Shown here piece after piece: positions 58,510-64,000 of a stretch of 64,000 bases of DNA. The stretch is taken from positions 47,401-111,400 of IMG/VR virus record IMGVR_UViG_3300021079_000001, one strand, 5' to 3'. The notes under the pieces are model-generated. The model worked only from the letters and a program-made list of their open reading frames with translations, was not told the DNA's origin and made no database searches. The first letter of the stretch is position 1, and every line of letters begins with the position of its first letter. The stretch is from a virus. Position numbers and translations under genes: made by a program.

Positions 58510-58752
58510 TTAATGAGTTAGATGACAGTTACTATCTCTATATACTGTATCTCCTACTCTCAGATAGTTATATAGTTGATATGTAATACTTATCTGTTTG
58601 AAAGTATCACATACTATTATATACTCATCAGATCTCTTTGGGCCTGAGTCTATATACTTTTTCTGCACAACGCATCTAACTACCTCACAGTCATATCTAC
58701 AACAACCTGGCAGTAAGTATACTATCATCAACAGAACTACTAACTTTTTCAT
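58510..58752 (-). CDS. Putative lipoprotein
   Basis: MKKLVVLLMIVYLLPGC lipobox; Y..LRVGDTV. Confidence 0.65.
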   Translation of the reverse strand: MKKLVVLLMIVYLLPGCCRYDCEVVRCVVQKKYIDSGPKRSDEYIIVCDTFKQISITYQLYNYLRVGDTVYRDSNCHLTH

Positions 58753-58922
58753 ACATCTCCAGATAACTGGCTTTTAAAACTTTGTGAACTTAAACTTCTT
58801 CTCTTATCATTGCTTGCGCATAGACATATCCACTATCCTTTATGCCGTTTATTCACTATAACGGAGCATCTGTTGCATCTTGCTTGACCTCATCCACACC
58901 ACCTACCTATACTACTATCTTC

Positions 58923-59261
58923 TTACCTGTACTCTTCATCCTGATCTACATAGCCAACTTCTTCAGAGACATACCTGAGACCATCAACAACAGGCCACTC
59001 TATCTCCTCTATATTAGCAGCATCATCTATCCATGTACCAATAGCTGGTAATGTCCGTAGATGGGCTATATCTGCCTGTAGTTCGGAGATAACAACTTGT
59101 TGCTCCTCTGCATACTCATTATACTCCAGCATAGCCTGATGTCTATCAGAGAGGCACTCAAAGTCCTCAGATGACAGTCTACCTGGATAATAGTCATGCA
59201 ACTGTTGCTCAATAGTAGCTATCTGAGCCTGTAACTCAACAATCTTCTGTGAATTTGTCAT
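58923..59261 (-). CDS. Acidic coiled-coil early protein
   Basis: ORF. Confidence 0.55.
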   Translation of the reverse strand: MTNSQKIVELQAQIATIEQQLHDYYPGRLSSEDFECLSDRHQAMLEYNEYAEEQQVVISELQADIAHLRTLPAIGTWIDDAANIEEIEWPVVDGLRYVSEEVGYVDQDEEYR

Positions 59262-59294
59262 AATAACTGTGATCGCATTAGAGCTAAATCAACA

Positions 59295-59340
59295 TAGTAA
59301 CCTGCAGAGGAATCGAACCTCTATACAACCATTACAGATC
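59295..59340 (-). ncRNA. tRNA-like minihelix T1
   Basis: GATCTGT-AATGGTTGTAT-AGAGG-TTCGATT-CCTCT-GCAGGTT-A-CTA: 7-bp acceptor + 5-bp T arm, no anticodon arm. Confidence 0.65.
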
Positions 59341-59343
59341 AAT

Positions 59344-59409
59344 AAAAAAATAACATAGCTAGAGATACTCTCCATTAAGGTTGCCCGAAAGCCCACCACT
59401 ATGTTATTT
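59344..59409 (-). other. Three-way-junction RNA followed by U-tract (terminator-like)
   Basis: AAATAACATAG/CTATGTTATTT stem enclosing a UUCG hairpin and a GAGA-GUA-UCUC hairpin. Confidence 0.5.
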
Positions 59410-59740
59410 ATACATAAGCATTAATAAATGCTTCTTGTATTAGCTTAAAACATCTAGTATTTCTAAGCTCATCTGCAGGATGAATATAGTCCATGGCATA
59501 TTCTTGCCATTTACCATGCCATACCAAAATTTTGAAGGCATCAAAGTTACCCTTAGAATTTACCTCAATAGTATCAGCCATGTCATGAATAATAGCTATA
59601 GGAACATTACCAATAAGAGTTTTCTTATTGTATTCCTGATCACAACTACATTCAACCATATAATGGCCACATACAGAACATATTGGTTCATCTGGGTTAT
59701 TATGGATCATAATAGAATAGCCACTATAGTAGGCCCACAC
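59408..59740 (-). CDS. Hypothetical early protein
   Basis: CSVCGH..C motif; start uncertain. Confidence 0.5.
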   Translation of the reverse strand: MWAYYSGYSIMIHNNPDEPICSVCGHYMVECSCDQEYNKKTLIGNVPIAIIHDMADTIEVNSKGNFDAFKILVWHGKWQEYAMDYIHPADELRNTRCFKLIQEAFINAYV

Positions 59741-59768
59741 TATATAAATGAATTAAACAACAATACTA

Positions 59769-59816
59769 TACCCTACTACCGGAATCGAACCAGTATCTAA
59801 CCATTATAGACAGGTA
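59769..59816 (-). ncRNA. tRNA-like minihelix T2
   Basis: TCTAT-AATGGTTAGAT-ACTGG-TTCGATT-CCGGT-AGTAGG; same linker and T-loop as T1, different stems. Confidence 0.55.
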
Positions 59817-59819
59817 ACA

Positions 59820-60029
59820 CTACACACTACTAACCAACGGAACATCCGACCAGTACCATTCGTTAATACCATTCAACACCTCTACATAAGGAACCTTAAC
59901 AGTGTCAGAGTAAAGTGATATAACGATAAGGTCCTCACCGGCATCTAACCTACTATCCAGATCAGGAAAGTTACCAATGTGCTTAACAACACTACCCGTA
60001 CTCATACTTATTATTAGATACATACACAA
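59820..60029 (-). CDS. Hypothetical early protein
   Basis: ORF; VISLYSDTVKVP. Confidence 0.5.
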   Translation of the reverse strand: MCMYLIISMSTGSVVKHIGNFPDLDSRLDAGEDLIVISLYSDTVKVPYVEVLNGINEWYWSDVPLVSSV

Positions 60030-60186
60030 CCCAATAGGGTATTTATATTGTGAATTGAATAGAATGACTATGTATGACCTTGTAGTTCAGACCCTGTATA
60101 CATGAGCACTTAGGTCATTAAGGTGAGAATATACGGTGTAACGGGTATGTATTGGTACTTCTCCCACATAACACACCACTCAAAAT

Positions 60187-60479
60187 CAGTTATACATAAC
60201 AACTATCTGTTATAGATGGTAGTGTAAAATGACCTCAGACGTAAAAAGTTGTCTCCACCCTAGTGGGAAAATGACACCACAAGAAGATAGATGAATAACC
60301 ACTATGTATAACTGCACATGAACATACACATAGACTACTGAAGTAGTATATGAATACTACTGACTATCAATAGCTTAGGTATATCAATGTAATGTAATAG
60401 GAATGGAATAGTATCTCACATTCACACCCACCTACTGGTGCTAAGTCTAATGACAAAAGGAATGAATATGAGATACTAT
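60187..60479 (-). ncRNA. Two candidate structured RNAs (60187-60314, 60408-60479)
   Basis: 12-bp and 18-bp closing stems with branched tops in about 500 nt lacking ORFs. Confidence 0.45.
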
Positions 60480-60501
60480 ACTAATGGCTGAGAAGAGATG
60501 G

Positions 60502-60529
60502 AAAAAGGGGGACGATGTTCTGTCCCCCT
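60502..60529 (-). terminator. Intrinsic terminator
   Basis: AGGGGGAC-AGAACATC-GTCCCCCT followed by T-run, just after stop at 60537. Confidence 0.8.
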
Positions 60530-60536
60530 GTGCAGG

Positions 60537-60863
60537 TTATGCAGCTGCTTCCATTTCAGCAGCAGTCAACCTTGCAATTGGCCGTATTGTTACAGCTGTC
60601 TTAGGTTTAGCTGCAACGGCTACTGCATTTGCATCTTCAGCTGTAGGTGCATTGATAGGTTTCCAATTCGGGTCATTAAGGAACACCGCCTTACCTGACT
60701 TAGTAATCAGGTAGCCATGTGTTTCCAAGTGAGCACATATCTGCTGCTCTGTCATACCATTACTACCCATGATGGCGTAGTTGTTCAGTGACCAATCGCA
60801 TGAGTCACCGAAGCTGTGAGCCCTTACTGTCATTACCTGTCCATTAATTGTTACTTGTGCCAT
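60537..60863 (-). CDS. First leftward early gene, hypothetical
   Basis: Start MAQVT; Ala-rich tail; followed by terminator. Confidence 0.6.
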   Translation of the reverse strand: MAQVTINGQVMTVRAHSFGDSCDWSLNNYAIMGSNGMTEQQICAHLETHGYLITKSGKAVFLNDPNWKPINAPTAEDANAVAVAAKPKTAVTIRPIARLTAAEMEAAA

Positions 60864-60903
60864 GTTATATATGTTTTTGAGATTAAGAATTCCTATTACC
60901 ACT

Positions 60904-61019
60904 GGCGGGGTATAGGCATATCAAATGTGAAGGCGGGGTGGTTTAACTAGACTGGTTACCTTACTAACACACGTATAAGATTTCCGATATACAGGTTACC
61001 CATATAACACACGTATAAG
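60904..61019. repeat. Direct repeats at strand switch
   Basis: GGCGGGGT at 60904 and 60932; GGTTACC-N4-TAACACACGTATAAG at 60954 and 60994. Confidence 0.75.
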
Positions 61020-61169
61020 TACCCGGTATAAAATAGGATAGAGTATAATGCAATTCAATATATAAATAGGTACCCGGGGTTTCTTATGCAGTCTCTATAC
61101 CAGGGGGATAGTTATATGGAAGTACCTGTAGGTTGTTTAACACCTATATGTATCTTACTGCAGGGGGTG

Positions 61170-61201
61170 TTTGTGTATCTGGAAATATTGTATTACCTTT
61201 G
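61170..61201 (+). promoter_or_regulatory. Consensus Bacteroidota promoter
   Basis: TTTG-N20-TACCTTTG, ATG at 61206. Confidence 0.75.
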
Positions 61202-61205
61202 TGCT

Positions 61206-61415
61206 ATGGGAACGAAATGGATGATCGAGAATATTATCAATGGATATCCTGAATGGATGACTGGAAACCATGAATGGAGTACTGATGTACATAAATGTCT
61301 GCAGTTCGATACAAAAGAAGATGCTACTGCATACATGCTCAATACAGATTATGTTGCCTCTATAACTGAGCACATGTTCATGTCACCACTATCTACTGTA
61401 GAGAATCAGAACTAA
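61206..61415 (+). CDS. Hypothetical protein
   Basis: W.TD....QF.TKEDA..ITEH; start after promoter. Confidence 0.6.
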   Translation: MGTKWMIENIINGYPEWMTGNHEWSTDVHKCLQFDTKEDATAYMLNTDYVASITEHMFMSPLSTVENQN

Positions 61416-61489
61416 TGAACTCACCTACTTCCATACCTATACTGGTCTATACAGATACCAATGATATCATATTCCAGGCACAGGAATAG

Positions 61490-62179
61490 TCACCTACGTC
61501 TGATGCCGTACCTATTCATTATACCGGATATCTGGTAGTCCATATGGTAGTAATGCTTCTTATTCAACCGGATCATAGTGAGTCCCCAACGAGTACAGAA
61601 CTCGTTCTTCATCTGGTCCCTGGCTAACTGTTCTGGGGTATAGTGCCAATTTTCTCCATCATATTCTATAACAAGTGCCAGTGCCGGTATGTAGAAGTCA
61701 ACCCGACCATGTTTCCCTGAAGGTAGTGGCATACCATAAAATGACACCTCACGGAACCACTCTACCGGGAATTCATTGAGGGCATCGGCTACTTTCTGTT
61801 CTGCTGGTGATATTGGGTTACCTGCTATCAATGGATCTATATACCAACGTAATGCATCTTCCCTGCTAATGTACACACCTGACGTAGTATCGTATTGTGC
61901 TACACACATAGTAGTATCTGGTATTGTTGATAGTATACCGTTAGTGTTCCACATTCGTTTTTTGGGTACATATTCTGCTGTAGGAACCTTTACTGGCCAT
62001 TGGCCTATATCTCCAATGTCATCTATAGTCTCTGTAGGATCATAGGAAGATTTAGCTGGAGGATGTACATGATGGTCGTGAGTACTGTTACTCGATGCCC
62101 ATATTATGAACGCTATAACCCCTACTACTATCAATATACCCATAGATGCAAAGCTAACGAATCCAGTTAGGTTATGCAA
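61490..62179 (-). CDS. Membrane-anchored DUF559/Vsr-like endonuclease
   Basis: N-terminal TM; SPAEQ, RVDFY..VIEYDGENWH..RD..KN. Confidence 0.75.
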   Translation of the reverse strand: MHNLTGFVSFASMGILIVVGVIAFIIWASSNSTHDHHVHPPAKSSYDPTETIDDIGDIGQWPVKVPTAEYVPKKRMWNTNGILSTIPDTTMCVAQYDTTSGVYISREDALRWYIDPLIAGNPISPAEQKVADALNEFPVEWFREVSFYGMPLPSGKHGRVDFYIPALALVIEYDGENWHYTPEQLARDQMKNEFCTRWGLTMIRLNKKHYYHMDYQISGIMNRYGIRRR

Positions 62180-62231
62180 GTTATTACAATAACATTAATG
62201 TGGCGAATAACTAACTACCTAACTAACTTCG

Positions 62232-62501
62232 ATGTACCTTGCACTCATAATACAACTACATATGAAGTACTACTGGATACTCTATACCAGAATAGGAGAA
62301 CGACAATACACAGAAGGTGTATTGGATGAGCATCCCTTTATGTATCAGGCACGAACTGGAATGGGTATTCTGACTATACACAACTGGAAACGGATCACAG
62401 TGGAGGAATATAACCTATGGCAGGAACTTCATAATGATGGGTATGGGATATACGTAGCTGGAGTAGATCCTTACCCACATTCAGAACACACAATGGACTA
62501 A
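62232..62501 (+). CDS. Hypothetical protein
   Basis: Likely start MKYYW at 62262. Confidence 0.55.
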   Translation: MYLALIIQLHMKYYWILYTRIGERQYTEGVLDEHPFMYQARTGMGILTIHNWKRITVEEYNLWQELHNDGYGIYVAGVDPYPHSEHTMD

Positions 62502-62515
62502 ACAACTAACAATAT

Positions 62516-63250
62516 ATGAAGAAGTTACATAAGAAAGATGTAGAGAATATCCATAGTATAATGGAAGAGAAAGGATATATAGGACACCTACATGGTTGTA
62601 TATTAGGTGCTGATATAGTGGATGGAAACTTCCAGACATCTGCATTTGGAGAATCTAAGTTATGGTATAGAGTATCTGATAATGCAGAGATAGTTACAAT
62701 ACTGCTATCAGAGTTCAATGCAGATAATATCCTAACAATAACAACTAACAACATGCAGAAGACAAAGACAGTAACATTCCCAGTACCAGCAGATGGTAAA
62801 GTGAAAATAGGAGATGATACATTCACGGCAGCTCCCGGAGTAACTGAATATAAGATGGAAGTACCTGTGGAGGAACAGAAGAAGTTCCCGATACAGGTAA
62901 TGGGAGACAGGGTTATGGTACTACTGATCCATGAGATGGGTGAGGATGACATAGAGCAACTCGCTGATGGTACAGCAGTATACAAGAAGAAGGGATCGGA
63001 TATACTGCTACCGGATAGTGTGAAGAAGTCACTGGATCAACTCAAGGCACAGGAACCACAGAAGCTGGTACAAGGCCTGGTAATGAGTGTAGGTCAACTA
63101 TCTACAACATCATCGGCTATGATAGGCAACCTCTATAATGAGGGCGACACTGTATGGTGCTTCCCTAATACCTTCGATGCTAAGATGATGGTAGACGGTG
63201 TAGAGTATACTATATATAAGGAGAAGGCTATAGTAGCTAAGGACATATGA
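62516..63250 (+). CDS. groES: GroES-like co-chaperonin with N-terminal extension
   Basis: QVMGDRVMV, ILLPD, GLVMSVG, EGDTV, VDGVEYTIYKEKAIVA. Confidence 0.65.
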   Translation: MKKLHKKDVENIHSIMEEKGYIGHLHGCILGADIVDGNFQTSAFGESKLWYRVSDNAEIVTILLSEFNADNILTITTNNMQKTKTVTFPVPADGKVKIGDDTFTAAPGVTEYKMEVPVEEQKKFPIQVMGDRVMVLLIHEMGEDDIEQLADGTAVYKKKGSDILLPDSVKKSLDQLKAQEPQKLVQGLVMSVGQLSTTSSAMIGNLYNEGDTVWCFPNTFDAKMMVDGVEYTIYKEKAIVAKDI

Positions 63251-63945
63251 CATTCGAGATATACTGCGGCCTGTACAATGAGGAGTGGCTCATACCTAAG
63301 ATGGTACAATGGTACCGTGAGAAACTGAAAGGCCATGAGGTAGAATTCATTATATATGATAATGAGAGTACTGATGATACTGCACAGATAGCTAGGGACT
63401 TGGGATGCCTGGTATATCCTCATATTACAGGTGGAGAGATGCGAGAGGATGAGGGGCTCAAGTTAGTTAATCAGGCCTGGAAGTTATCTACAGCAGACTA
63501 TGCTATAGTAATATGCACTGATGAGTTCATTGACATTGATCCCAATCAGTTGAGAGGATGTACTGTAGTAAAGTGCTTCGGATACAATATGGTAGGAGAT
63601 GGCAGTGTAGGTATCATGGATATGGTAGAAGGTGTGAGAGCAGAGGCACAGGATAAGTGCTGTATATTCTCACCGAAGGACATACGGGGAATGAACTATG
63701 GTCCTGGTATGCATTCCTGCTCTCCTACAGGGAATGTAATATGGAATAACTACCGTCCTATGATGTACCATATGAATATGATATCAAAGGAGTGGATGGT
63801 ATTTCGATATAGAAGAGGTAGGGAACGGTTAAGTGACTATAATAAGAAGCAAGGCTACGGGGCCCATTATGATGAGAATGACCAGGCTGTTGAACAACTA
63901 TGGGAACATGCATGGGGATTACGGGAACAAGTTAGAATAATATGA
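63247..63945 (+). CDS. Glycosyltransferase family 2
   Basis: YNEE..IP, IIYDNESTDDT..IA, CTDEFI. Confidence 0.85.
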   Translation: MTFEIYCGLYNEEWLIPKMVQWYREKLKGHEVEFIIYDNESTDDTAQIARDLGCLVYPHITGGEMREDEGLKLVNQAWKLSTADYAIVICTDEFIDIDPNQLRGCTVVKCFGYNMVGDGSVGIMDMVEGVRAEAQDKCCIFSPKDIRGMNYGPGMHSCSPTGNVIWNNYRPMMYHMNMISKEWMVFRYRRGRERLSDYNKKQGYGAHYDENDQAVEQLWEHAWGLREQVRII

Positions 63946-64000
63946 CACACACATTCGAGTTCATAGCCAACCTGCATGATGGTAGACAGGTACACATGCA

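Noticed and set aside
57223-59330. 13-nt complementarity GTTGTATAGAGGT between 57223 and minihelix T1
   Set aside because: Single short match 2 kb apart; may be chance
55919-59816. True tRNA genes
   Set aside because: No anticodon or D stem; only 46-49 nt
60904-61019. CRISPR mini-array
   Set aside because: Only two copies separated by 14 nt; no cas genes (Cas4-like nucleases are ordinary phage exonucleases)
1-64000. Stop-codon reassignment as in some crAss-like phages
   Set aside because: Long genes are intact in code 11, and TAG/TGA stops abut the next starts

Overview
64 kb of a lytic dsDNA phage genome resembling crAss-like/phi14:2-type phages of Bacteroidota. Evidence: a giant virion RNA polymerase with a DFDVD motif, repeated TTTG-N19/20-TAnnTTTG Bacteroidota promoters, and the standard genetic code. 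The + strand (1-23.6 kb) carries ejection/virion, tail, glycosylation and lysis-type genes. The - strand (23.6-60.9 kb) carries replication/recombination genes (PolA, DnaB-like helicase, primase, Sak4-like ATPase, SSB-like, RecA, exonucleases, degenerate UDG) and many small early genes. A divergent switch at about 61 kb starts another + strand block (GroES-like, GT2). Best candidates for new biology: (1) homing-endonuclease cassettes that supply a recoded replacement 3' end of the invaded gene, with unrelated nucleases preceded by the same promoter + kissing-loop RNA leader geometry but different loop sequences; (2) three anticodon-less tRNA-like minihelices and several minus-strand RNA rods in the early region; (3) enzyme cargo on injected proteins (NADAR on the vRNAP; circularly permuted histidine phosphatase plus PD-(D/E)XK nuclease on the neighbouring giant protein), with an ATP-grasp/zincin pair between them. 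All calls come from reading motifs by eye; no database search or folding program was run.
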